Assembly (NCBI GenBank): GCA_964187785.1
Contig: OZ076413.1
Location: 48,176,001 to 48,240,000, forward strand
DNA: 64,000 nucleotides
Source: Amphiscolops sp. MND2022
Lineage: Eukaryota
Reading direction: 5' to 3'
Position numbers and translations under genes: made by a program. The notes under the pieces are model-generated. The model was not told the DNA's origin, did no database searches, and saw only the letters and a list, made by a program, of their open reading frames with translations. Of the stretch, positions 52,901 to 64,000 are shown one piece after another (the first letter of the stretch is position 1; each line of letters starts with the position of its first letter).

Positions 52901-54988
52901 TTGTCCCGTCTCGAAATCTCTCCAAAGGAAAAACTGATCCTCAGAATTAGGGAAGATATCCCAACGACACCGATTGAACTACACGTCCAATCAGCAGGAG
53001 TGTCCGAAGAGGAACAAATCTTCTACACGGAGGATGATGATGAGACAGAAGAACAAATTTTACAGCGTAAAAAAGCAGCTAGAGATTACCCAACAAACCA
53101 ACTACCCGATATCTCATTCGAAAAGTTTGCTACCCACAAAAGTGACTATTACAAATTAACCACTCTTCAAAAACTAACCTACCCGAACTCTATAGCAGTA
53201 GAACAAAATAATGATGTAATTCTACAACAATTGCGACTCAAAATACTCAAGGAAAACTACTCCGAAACCATTCTGTTACAAGACAATCGCTACCAGCATT
53301 ACTGTCATCAGATGGACCGACTGTCCGTCATTGATGAAATTATCACCCGACAGTATTTTGACGAAACCGGATCCACTAGATACAACCAGGTCCTTTTACC
53401 GAAACATCTAGTCTCTGAACTACTTGAATCGCTACATGGTAAAGCCAATACGCACCCAGGAATATCCAAAATGCTCATAGAAATTCGACAAAAATATTAT
53501 CATCCAGGCATCGCAAAACTCGTTAAAAAATGGGTCCAAGGATGTGAAACATGCATAAAAGACAAACGAATACCCAATTCGTCGATTACCCCAGAACTGC
53601 TTAATTTGCCCGAATGGGACCTGGGCCCTGAAGATGCCATGCAAATCGACTTACTGCCGAACTTGCCTCCTAGTGGCGGCTATGAAACCATCATTACCGC
53701 CATGGACGTCTTTTCACGATATCTTTTTGCATATCCAGTTACGGACGCTTCGGCTACCAACACGGCGAAAGTTCTTATCGATATTATGACTAAACACACC
53801 TACTTACCAACCACTCTAATCACTGACAAAGGAACAGCCTTTACGTCCAAACTAGTAGCCGAAATTGCACAAATTCTGGGAATTCAAGTAAAATGCGCAA
53901 CTACAAAACATCCGCAAACAATTGGTAAACTCGAGCGAACACATGCTAGTCTCAAAACGAACCTAAAAATGGCCTCAGGGGACTACCGACGACAGTGGCA
54001 TAAATACCTGCCGCTAGCTGTCTTAAACTACAATACAACCTATCATGCTACACTAGGCTGTGAACCATCCAGGATTTTCCGCGGTCGCATTCCATACAAC
54101 ATACTTGATCACAAACTGGGCCTTAATCCAAACCCTAAGGTCCTTCCGACCACAGCCTTTGCAGATGAATTTCAACGCCGCACGCAGATATTATTAGATA
54201 ACACCAAGAAAAACATCATGCAATCCTACTTGAAATACAAAGAATATTATGACCGAAAGGCCAAAGCGGCTCCTTTAAAGCAAAACGACTACTGTTTCAT
54301 ATTACAGCCTATCGCAGATCACCAAGGATCAAAAATTCCGTTTCGGGAATACAGATGGACTGGACCCTACATTGTAGAAAAAGTCTTACCGAACGAAAAC
54401 TACATAGTCCGAAATTTGAATTCCAATAAAACGCAGATCTTACATCGTATTAGACTGCGCAAATATGAACCGAATACTGTATTACAGGACATAAGACCGT
54501 AAGGCAACTTACAACCGGACGATGGAATTGTTATCCCACAGGACGATCTATACGTCATCACTTGGGAAACGGAATTTGGTGACTTTCCGGCTCCTAGCCT
54601 ACAGGACGAAATCGCTCCTGACAGCGCTTATGATACTCCTGGTCAAAGAGACCAAATCCTCACTGAAGTGGACCTCGAGTCCATTCGCCCAGATAATGAT
54701 ACCGACGCTGCACACAGGCAGCCTGACCGAGAAACAACTCCTACGGACCATCGGTCCGATAGCCAAAACCGAAACGATGATGAGGAACCTACAGGAACCT
54801 CTTGGACGGACCACGAGAACGAACGCCGAGATGATCAAAAATTATCTGACGGTACCAATACAATCGTGCCCGATGTATCAGACAGTGAAAGTGATGAAAT
54901 GATTGTAGACAATAGCAGCCCTAGAGGAGGGAAATACAATCTTAGACCTAACCCCACCCCCAACTTTACTGATGAATACAGATACTGA
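49893..54988 (+). pseudogene. pol: pol (protease, dUTPase-like linker, RT, RNase H, integrase with GPY), disrupted
   Basis: LVDTGA (50559); LDCSQAY and YVDD (52079); TDAS, TDNKS, ADYLSR; HHCC H..H..CETC; D(QIDL) D(TDKG) E(LERTH); WTGPY; ends KYNLRP...EYRY. Lesions: TAG at 50463, frameshift at about 51392, TAA at 54500. Confidence 0.95.
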
Positions 54989-55166
54989 ACGAACATGTAT
55001 ATTTGTTCTAAATCTGACAAACTTGACTAAATGACTCATCGAATATGTACAAGACAAACGAACTGGGAGTCCAACAATAGAAAGCATTGGAATGGATAAA
55101 TAGATAACACAAACAATTCTAGATTAACATAAAGACAAACTAAAGAGAATTGTACATATGGTACAA

Positions 55167-58100
55167 TTAAAGTTTATGACTAGGGCCAGCACGCAATTTT
55201 TCCGCTGAGCGTGTAAGCTCAGTCTTCGACAGCGGTTTGGAGGAACGCTTCTTCCCTCTAGGGACAGCTAAATTCTTTTGAGGACTGCAAGTTTGGCTGA
55301 CCTCAGGTTCAGCTGCTTTCGCCAGCTCGTGAGGAGTAATTGCATCGGGATCAAGTTTCGCCAGTATTCCAGCTCGTCCAAAAAGGTCAATTGATAACCA
55401 GGGATCATAAGAATCTCGGAGGGCGCTGTCTTCAAATGTAGTCTCAAGAGACAAGAACTTTGAGACAGAGGAATCATATGCAAGGGTTTCAACCCCACGG
55501 GGGACACTCTTGAAATACGACTGTACGGGCAAGATAATATCAGTCAGCTTACTAGAGGGATCATCGGTCCGAACAGAACTAAACCTCACCTCTGGAAGAT
55601 CTTGAAACGGCTGGTCAAGGCATAGGCAGGAAAGGGTAAATAAGCGGTACAACAATGGCCGGGACAGAAGACTTGATTGCTCCATGAGGAAATTGATGGT
55701 ATCTGTGATCAACAAGGTTGGTTGGGCCATATCAGAATAGACCTGTCTCAATTCGTCCACAAAGGAAGTGTATTCCTCCAGGCACTGAGCTTCTTGTTCT
55801 TGTTTAAAATATTCACGCAACAAAAAGGTATTAAACAACTGCTTGAAGCAACCAAGAGAATACTCGGTGGGTCCAGACAACAGTGACTCCAGGTCGAATG
55901 AGCCCAACCCATGTACTATATCACTTGTTAGGTTAGAATGTCCCTGAGTCTCGTTAAAAATGTGGATGATGTAACTTCTTGCAAGTCGACCATATTCCTC
56001 TTTATTCTTGTTCGTGATGACTTCCAGGCTCAAACCAGCATTCTTTTTGTCCTTCTGCTCTCGCTCAGCCTTAACTTTGCAAGCATGGTTGAACTTCGCA
56101 CCTAACTTCAATCTGGACAGGAAGTCCTCTATTGGGAGTGCGATGGCCTTCTTTGACTCCAGAGAATGGATCTGCTGTAACTGGCCCTCTCGGGGTAAGC
56201 ACTTGGAGCTGACCGATCGTCGAGCGAGCTTCATCAGAAACTGACAGGATTCTTTGTAAAGGTAGAACCACCGGTCCCTTCGGCTGGAGAGGTTGATATT
56301 GAAGCTGGTCGTGTCTAGAACCAAAATTAGTTACTTAGTCTATTACCAAATGAACCGAGAGACCGTAATACAAGTACAACTACTTACAGTCGCGTATCAA
56401 CTTTGAGAAAAGCTCCAATCGGCTAGTGAAGAATTCATCGTACACGATGGACCACTCGAGATTTTGAGGCTAGAACAAGAAAGGAAATTCTGATTATCTG
56501 AAGGGCGCCAGGTCTACCGGGACGCATAAAAATTACCAACCACGCTCTTCACTCCCTGTCCTTCCTGGGGCATGGCGTACTTCAACAGGAAAGCAGTTAC
56601 GTCCGTCCAATTGCTGAGCAGTTCATGGCAAATAGTGGGAAGATTGACCACATCGTACTTGCAAGCCTTAATCGCCTAAATACCAGAGATATAAGGGACT
56701 GTAAAGTAAAAAGACAAGGGAACACTAAAGAACACTTACCTTGGTCAACTCAGGTGTCATCACTGTCCACTCATATTGCAAACTGCCACTGAGGCAGATC
56801 ACCAAATGTTGGATGACAGAAAAGAAATCGATCCGGCCAAATACACTATAACTCTGCTTGTGCATTAGTTTGGCAGCTGATAAGTCATCAAATCGGGTAG
56901 TACATTGAATTCCGTGCTTGAAGAAGGGACACGAATCGACGACCTTGAGGAATCCTAAGGTGCACCCAGAGCTGCAGACAAGTTGGGCTTTGCAAGATAT
57001 GGCAGATAGCAACACAGACAAGAGACGAATCTCTGCGGGAGTTTGTCCTGTGGTCCGTCCAGTGCGTAGTAGAGGCACCCTGCACAACTGTAGCCCTTTC
57101 CAGAAAGTCACGTGTAGGTAGAGCAAGACACCTTGTTGTTCAAAGTCAATTGAGTAAAGACCGTTAGCCATGACTTGCGTCCCAATATCTTCTACAACTT
57201 GTTGGAATAGATGATGGAACAAGACCTACAATAACAAAAAGAAGTTATTCCTAATGACACAAGCTAGGACGTTCTCGCAGGAAGTGGTTAGTTTACGACG
57301 AATATACTCATAGGACCGATAGACTGGAAACAGATACTTACAGAAAGGCGTTCTTTTCCCCAGTTAGATCCGAGGAAAGCAACCTCTTGTCCCATAGCGG
57401 CTCCTAGGGGACCCCAAAGTCTGCGGAGTACTGAGAGGTTGCCGAAGGTGGGCAAGAAGTAACCCAGTACACAGATTTGGGCTCGGACCTTGCTGTCAGG
57501 GGTAGTGGCGCAGTGTTGTTGTCCGGCCATATGGTCCTCGTAAAAGGGCATGCGTTCTCCAAGGTCAATCAGAGGTGCTTCAATGAACTTTGGTATCTCT
57601 AACTCTAATTGATACGCTGTCAGCAATTTCCCATCCTTGCCGCGGACCCGATGTTTAACATTTCCGGGGACAGAATCTTTGACTGACAAGTACTCATAGC
57701 TCCACCTCTGGTCTTTCCTGAGATGACGTTCAGATGAGTAGTGTCGAATGATTTCCCTTGGCCCTTTGGTGTAAATGGAAACGTTGTCCTTGCATATCAG
57801 ACAGTAAAATTTATAAGGATTATGCTCTGGGTCCAGAGGCCCGGACACGAAGACTCTCGTCCATGACATTCCTTCAAAGTATTCCTCCCGCATTATACGG
57901 CCTCCACGAATTGGCTTGCGGCGAGAAATTTTAGACCTTGTGGCTGACCGTTTGCTGACCTGAGTTACTTGCTTATCCTTGATAGCTTCCTGCTTGAGAG
58001 CAGCTAAAGTTTGGCCTCCCGGACTATCGCACGCAGTTAACGGGGTATTTCCCCGGGTGTCTTCTTGACTACAGCCAAAAGCTGGACTGGAAGGAATGTG

Positions 58101-59693
58101 AGTCACTGATGTAAGACTCGGACGAGGAGACCCGGGAGTCATTGTGCTTGAGCCGGCTGCACCATCGCTTTGGGAAAAGTCACTAGCGAAACTAGTTCGA
58201 GAGCCTGAAAACCCCCTTTGAGAACAGTCTGGATCAGAGTCAGTGGTCAATAAAAGGCTGTCTTTTGGTGCGGGACCACGTGGCTGATTACAGCGAGAAC
58301 AACCACCCAAGTTAAGACGGCTAGCCCGTTCGACGACACTACTAAGCATATCAAAGGACGCCCTGGCACTCTCATTAGCGACAACGGTGAGGATACTGCT
58401 AACTTGACCCTCATTAAAAGCGACGGTAGGGTGTCCACGCGGCAGAAAAACTGGACTGGCTTCACTGAAATGCTGTTTGATTAAAGCACGACTACTGCTA
58501 GTCAATGGTCCGGTACCAGACTCTCGTACGGGGGAGGAAGAGCGCGATGTATCGCTGGACATATCACCAAGATGACCTCGAGGAAGTTTCTTTGGGAAAG
58601 TCAACGCTTCCTCCATGGTAGACCTAGCATAAACCTCTGAGTTAACCCCACTGCCCGGTCCTTCTTCGGCATCACTAGAGGGGTTACGGGGTTCAAAGGA
58701 GGTACGGGTAGGCCTCGCTGTCCTAAGGGGAGTTTGGGCTTGAATCGAGCCAGTGGCGGGTTCAACTACTTGATCTCCAATTGCTTGCTGAACAATGACT
58801 GTGTTGGCGATAGTCACTTTGGAATCAGGATTCTTAGGCTTGTAACCTCTGTGACCGGTCGAATAATGGGTTGGCTTACAAGGAGCTTTGAAAAGCTGGA
58901 CAGGAGGGCTGAAGCGGAAACCCAGAGTTGGTGATGGCGACTGTGGACTAGCTGGCCTGGCAGATTCTATTTCCATTGAAGAGTCACTGTTACTTCCAGA
59001 CTCAGTGTGATGTTTGGGGCTTTCCTGTAGCGTAGTGTCGACTAAAATGGCTTCGCTGGCACTCTCTTTGGGTTCACTCCCCGCGTTAGCTGCAACGGCC
59101 TCAGAGGATCGGGCTTCTTCAATTAGGGCAACCTTCCTATCAAAATATGCCCCACAGCTTTCTTCAGAAGTGCTACTGCTAGCATACGCCACGAGGGACG
59201 CAACGGTCGCTGTCACTGTCTTTTGTGCAGAGTTCGGGGGAACTTCAGTAGATTGTTCAGAAGTCCGCATTTCCTCTGCAAGTTGGGTGAGGTCAGGTGG
59301 ACCTTCAGGGACCAAATCTGCTTCAACTTCCTTGTCAATCGTTAATGGTGCTAGGACAGGAAGACCACTAGTCTCACTTAAGCTGCTAGTCGATGAGCTG
59401 CAATAATCGATGATAGCAGGATTTGGAGTAGTCACATCCATCGACTCAGTTTGACCGGAAATTGGTTGGCCAAGTTTTTCATTATCTAAACGAAAAGATA
59501 TGAATAATCGCGGTTCGCTTCCTGCAAATCTATCCATTTCACCGCTTAGAAAATCTTCCGGAAGTAAGTCCAACTCAACGCGTTCATGCGGCGTGTTATC
59601 ATTTCACAATGGAGGAAGCACTTAGTTAAAAGAAAGCCCTGATCAAGCTTGATTTTAACAAGTTAAAAAGAACCAACCTGATGGGACTGCCAT
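55167..59693 (-). CDS. Spliced antisense accessory gene (about 1380 aa): Ser/Pro-rich N-terminus, BED-like zinc finger, hAT-transposase-like remainder. Exons 59693-59678 (tentative), 59620-57342, 57225-56740, 56675-56541, 56469-56388, 56314-55167
   Basis: GT-AG introns of 57, 116, 64, 71 and 73 nt (three gtaagt donors) with matching phases join the 761-, 165- and 385-aa ORFs and two small exons into one frame. Zinc finger FYCLICKDNVSIYTKGPREIIRHYSSERH. One TGA at 59604-59606 if the first mini-exon is used. Confidence 0.8.
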
Positions 59694-60556
59694 GACGGTG
59701 GACCAGAATTCGTTTTCCGTGAAGCTGTGAGCAGATTGCTATCCTCTGTTGTTTACAGCGTAGTTGACTACTGCTTGGGAAAATGTCCTATGAGGCTGAA
59801 GGAGACGATAAATAGGAAGGAGTAGTCTGATCCAAGGGACCACAAGGCTGTAGGTCGAACTGTATAAGGCTGCTAGTATTGAGGACTTGATAGCGGAGCA
59901 CACTTCGTAACAAATCAATTCAAAATCGATGAAAAGAATAGCTGAACGTAAACAATTGTTGGCTCCTGGTTTACATTACTTTCAACTCAATTAAACGTAG
60001 TTCTAGATTAACAAATCGATACTTAATGTTAATTGCCACTGGACTGTTAGTACCGCGGACTATACTTCAGACTGCTTATACTTGAACGCTACGAATGCGT
60101 GCTTTAAGTCTAATGGACGTCGTGGCTTAGGTAGTATTGTTAATCCGTACTCACATGCATACATTACCTACTTACGTTAATTAATACTATTACGTAATAG
60201 ATGTACTAATCAAGTGTTACTGAGACTGCCAGTGAATTTTATGACATAATTGTTTTCCCTTTTATTAGAAATAATAACACTATTTTATTATTAATGTCCA
60301 TTTCGCCATTATTTCATGGATTTCCTTCATCTTTACTATTTTATTCATAATCTTCTCAGTCATGATTAAGGCAAAGCCTCATTGGTTTATTGATATGTAA
60401 TAGACGAGCAGACCGCTGCCCTTTGAAGAAGTTTGTTGACAATAATTTAGTGATGATAAACACTTACTCGAGTTATTAACACCTCTCTGATATTGTGAGT
60501 AAATACTTGAGTTGGCCTCAAGGGCTTATCAACTAGAGAAACTGCGTTTTGAATAG

Positions 60557-61603
60557 ATGTGCAACAAGATGAAACCTTACCTTAACGGGAAGACCAGAAG
60601 GAAATCAAAAAGACTCGCGGGTAAATTTCCCGCCGGGATCTCCCGCGAATTTTATGAATTTTACCCCGAAGGCTTCTTGACTGAAACGCTCATTATTTTT
60701 CACTCCGATCTACAATTCAGTTACTCACAATCACTTTCAACAATTGCTAAAAAACTCCTTCTGAGAAAATACAACTTGGAAATGGCCCTTCAGTTTACTG
60801 TTGATGATCTAATCCAAGCGATCGTTAGTTTGAGTTATTTGTCCTCTGACGAAGAAATGGAGATTGATGACCCGTCACAAACCTCCGTGAGGGACGACAA
60901 CCAAGACAGTGACATCGAGGTGTTGGCCTGCTACAGAGAAGAACATCCCTTTGAGCCACAAACTGTAGCCGGGAGATTCATGACGACAGAACTCCCAGGA
61001 GGCCTTGATGACCTGTCTATTGCCGAAGCCCTGTATGGACCTTCATACTCAGATGACAATCCGCCTAGTGATTTGGTTGACTTAGTATTGGGCCAGAGTC
61101 CCCCAAGTGAGAGCTTTGAACCATTAAACCAGCGACCCATTGCCCACTGCAGCCAGCTGGAACCCATTCCTGATACCACCCAATCTCCGCCTATACATGA
61201 ACAAGGCTCATACGTCGGCAATTTTGATACCCCTTGGACAACTGAACAATACCCCCGTTGGCCTGATAATGCCCATATAACGGGCGTAGCAGTGAGTACC
61301 AGTGGGGCTTGTGGCGAGCCTAATATTGTTCACCACGGAGATTGCTATGTATGTGGAAAATCTTTTGACACGATCAAAGAAGAAAGTCTGTTCAACTTCT
61401 TGGAACAAACGCATATAGACGGCGAGTCCTATCAGACGCGATTGAGACGAAGGAATGCTTTTCAAGCGGGTATGCAGGCAGGCTCCTTCATTCTTGTCCC
61501 CGGGGAGTGTCGCAGGCTGCCGCCTGTGACGGAAACAAGTACCAAGTGGTCCCTAACGACAGTCATTTGTCCTACATACCCGGAGTCCTACCACTGTAAT
61601 TAG
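60557..61603 (+). CDS. Sense accessory ORF of unknown function (likely start MALQF at 60782), overlapping the PPT and U3
   Basis: 348-aa ORF; acidic/Pro-rich with HHGDCYVC; crosses the LTR boundary at 61508. Confidence 0.65.
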   Translation: MCNKMKPYLNGKTRRKSKRLAGKFPAGISREFYEFYPEGFLTETLIIFHSDLQFSYSQSLSTIAKKLLLRKYNLEMALQFTVDDLIQAIVSLSYLSSDEEMEIDDPSQTSVRDDNQDSDIEVLACYREEHPFEPQTVAGRFMTTELPGGLDDLSIAEALYGPSYSDDNPPSDLVDLVLGQSPPSESFEPLNQRPIAHCSQLEPIPDTTQSPPIHEQGSYVGNFDTPWTTEQYPRWPDNAHITGVAVSTSGACGEPNIVHHGDCYVCGKSFDTIKEESLFNFLEQTHIDGESYQTRLRRRNAFQAGMQAGSFILVPGECRRLPPVTETSTKWSLTTVICPTYPESYHCN

Positions 61604-63233
61604 TTGGACCATTGGTCCCGTTGCCCTAAACTTTTGGACTTGAATTAGTATGTTTAGTATGTAAATTATCTTATATCACTGTTATTAGACATGTAATATA
61701 TACTAGTATTAATGTAAACCAGAAAACGATGATTGATGTTTGTTGGATTATTAACAAGTACTGTAATTAAGCTCTGTGCAATAAAGGAAACGCGTTCAAA
61801 GTGAAATCCACTTTGGTCAATTTGACGCGCAGTCCATTTTGATTATTAACCAATCATGTGCTGGTATTCATTATTCATTTAATCTGCTTGTTCAACATGT
61901 AGTACATGTATTTAGTCAAACGGACTACCAGTCCGCAGTGCTGTAGTTGCTAACGATATTTAGTCGGATGGACCACCGGTCCGCAATGACGTAATATTTG
62001 CATAAGCGTACGTGCAAACAAGCGTTGACCTTTCAAGCTACGCGCAACGTGGCTTGAAAGGCAAGCCGCCTGTCAGTCCTTATCCCATTCTCCCATTCAC
62101 AGACCCTCATCCCAAACGATGCTATTTTTAGATATGATCTAATAATGACGCAATGTAGACGTCAGCACCTAGGGTCACTTTGACCTAATTGAGTTGCTAC
62201 TTTTAGTAACATGATCACTGAAATTATGCTTGTCATGCACTATTTAGTATAAATAGTTGGTCCTCCTTGTCTAAAGGACACAACTTTGAATACGACGACG
62301 AAAACCAGAAATCACAAATTGCTGTTCATTGATCAATCTTTGTTATTGTTCTGTTCTATTCATTTTCTCTCAGTTCAAGCTTAGTTAACCGATAAAAGCT
62401 CAATACAATCTTTGCTGAGCAATAAATTCTTTAAATGCCTTCGACGAGAAAACAAAAGGCTAGGGAGAAAAGGTCAAGACAATCTGACGTGATGTCTGAC
62501 TTAGAGAATGTAGATATAATGTTAGGAAATTATTCCAGAAACGAATTAGATTGTCAGCTAGGAGAAAGAGAGACTGAGTTGGACCTTGAGTCCAATGGCC
62601 CTCAAACTGCAAATCCTATTAGTGAAGACTTCAGGTCACTAATTAATACAAATAGTAGGGAAAACAGTGAAATTACCATTGAGACAGCAAGACTGATAAA
62701 TAATGAAATCACGTCCCAAATGACCAGGAAACTGGATGAGATTAGAAGTGATTTAAATTCCCAAATTTTGGAAGTTATCAACTCGGCAATTACTGAAAAG
62801 GTACTTCCAAGCATTCAAAACGTACTAGGGGTTCAAAATCCTGAATCTGACGCAATTAAGGACTCACAGTCCGGTAGACTAAACAGGAGCCCCGAGGATC
62901 GCTTTGGTCATATGGACCGCCAGTCCCAAAGACTTAACGTGGGCCTGAGAGAACGTTCAAATAGTGTGGACCACTGGTCCAATAGACTTAATAAGGGCCG
63001 GAGGGACCAATCTAGTCACACGTCCCACTGGTCCAGGGGACTAGATAGAGACCATAGAGTCTGTTTAGGTCAGACGGACCACCAGTCCCATAGACCGGGC
63101 AGCAGCTCAGGGGAACAATATGGCCCTCATGACCAACAAAACAACATGAAAATAGATAAGAAATTCAGCAGTCATAGAGGTTTGAATAGGGAGATCTCTA
63201 CGGACTCCCAGACCTCAGACCAAGATTGCGACA
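61508..63233 (+). repeat. 3' LTR, also serving as the 5' LTR of the next unit
   Basis: Copy of 47054-48779; preceded only by a short purine run GGGGAG; followed by a second PBS. Confidence 0.92.
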
Positions 63234-63797
63234 TGGTGACAGGAGCCAACCATACCCGCATACGGTTCCTGAGTTCCTTACCGGACGTCCCATGCAATCC
63301 CAAGAACCCCTGCAAAATCCAGAAGACACTCATGGCGAACCCCTGGACCCCACCCAACAGGTCTCAGGTGACGCACTACCGAACACCACTACCGATCCCA
63401 TCAATAGACTTGCTGACATACTGGTAGGTATCAACAACCGACCCACGGAACAGACCCTCACGGTACGCCCCGTCAGCTCGACTACAGTAACATTTGATGG
63501 GAAATTAGAGAAATTCGAGCTCTTCGAAGACCTTTTCCACACAATGATAAAAATGCAGCCCGAAATGACTGAAGCAATGAAAATCAACCATTTCCACTCA
63601 TTGTTACGCAAGAATGCCTTGCAAACATTCCGTAACATCAATTCAACAAACAAGCAAACATTAGAGGACATCTTAGCCATCTTCCGTAGAAAATACGTAA
63701 AACCAGAGTCCCAGGCGACCGCCAAACACAAATGGCACAGATTGGTGTTCGACCCCAACACCATGAAACTGCCAGATTTCCTTGAAGAACTCAATCA
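63234..63797 (+). mobile_element. Truncated second internal unit (PBS plus 5' gag)
   Basis: Near-identical to 48780-49343; homology stops abruptly after ...gaactcaatca. Confidence 0.92.
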
Positions 63798-64000
63798 AAC
63801 TAAAGTGCGACAAATTATTCAAAAACGTAATCACCCAAGACAGAGTTTCTGACGGCGAATATTCTGACGACGAATTTCCGGCGATGAACTTGCTGGTAAT
63901 CAAGTAATCGTAGGGAATCATTTGATTCGTTCCATGTTGCGTTGGATCGGGGTAGCTACTTATCACAGCTGTGGACAATTTTGTTTATCCTATATGCCCG

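Larger units (their letters stand above)
47054..63233 (+). mobile_element. Ty3/Gypsy LTR retrotransposon, 16.2 kb, with accessory genes
   Basis: Two 1726-bp LTRs (TGTCGCA...TGCGACA) 14454 bp apart; PBS; gag with two CCHC knuckles; pol in PR-RT-RH-IN order. Confidence 0.97.

Noticed and set aside
48148..55020. Short overlapping or antisense ORFs within gag and pol
   Set aside because: Shadow frames of the real coding sequence.
55167..61603. env gene
   Set aside because: The main cargo is antisense; no signal peptide, furin site plus fusion peptide, or TM anchor was seen.

Overview
AT-rich animal genomic DNA with spliceosomal introns. The left half (about 13.8-33.7 kb, minus strand) holds the first seven coding exons of a PDZRN3/PDZRN4-like RING-PDZ E3 ligase gene. 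All exon phases are consistent, and the gene probably continues off the left edge. Its introns contain SINEs, MITEs, a Helentron-type non-autonomous element and retroelement fragments. Upstream lie a decayed CR1/L2-type LINE (about 36.9-40.1 kb) and a minisatellite array with a recent 1.26-kb tandem duplication. The main feature is a 16.2-kb Ty3/Gypsy LTR retrotransposon (47054-63233) with 1726-bp LTRs about 99% identical, followed directly by a truncated second unit. Besides gag and pol (A-AAA-AAC -1 frameshift), it has four unusual parts. (i) An antisense, intron-containing gene of about 1380 codons with a BED-like zinc finger and what looks like a degenerate hAT-transposase fold. (ii) A sense accessory ORF that runs across the PPT into U3. 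(iii) A Gag N-terminus apparently encoded within the LTR and reading through the PBS. (iv) A repeated GGAC-N5-GTCC palindrome in the LTR. All calls were made by eye; no database searches were run.
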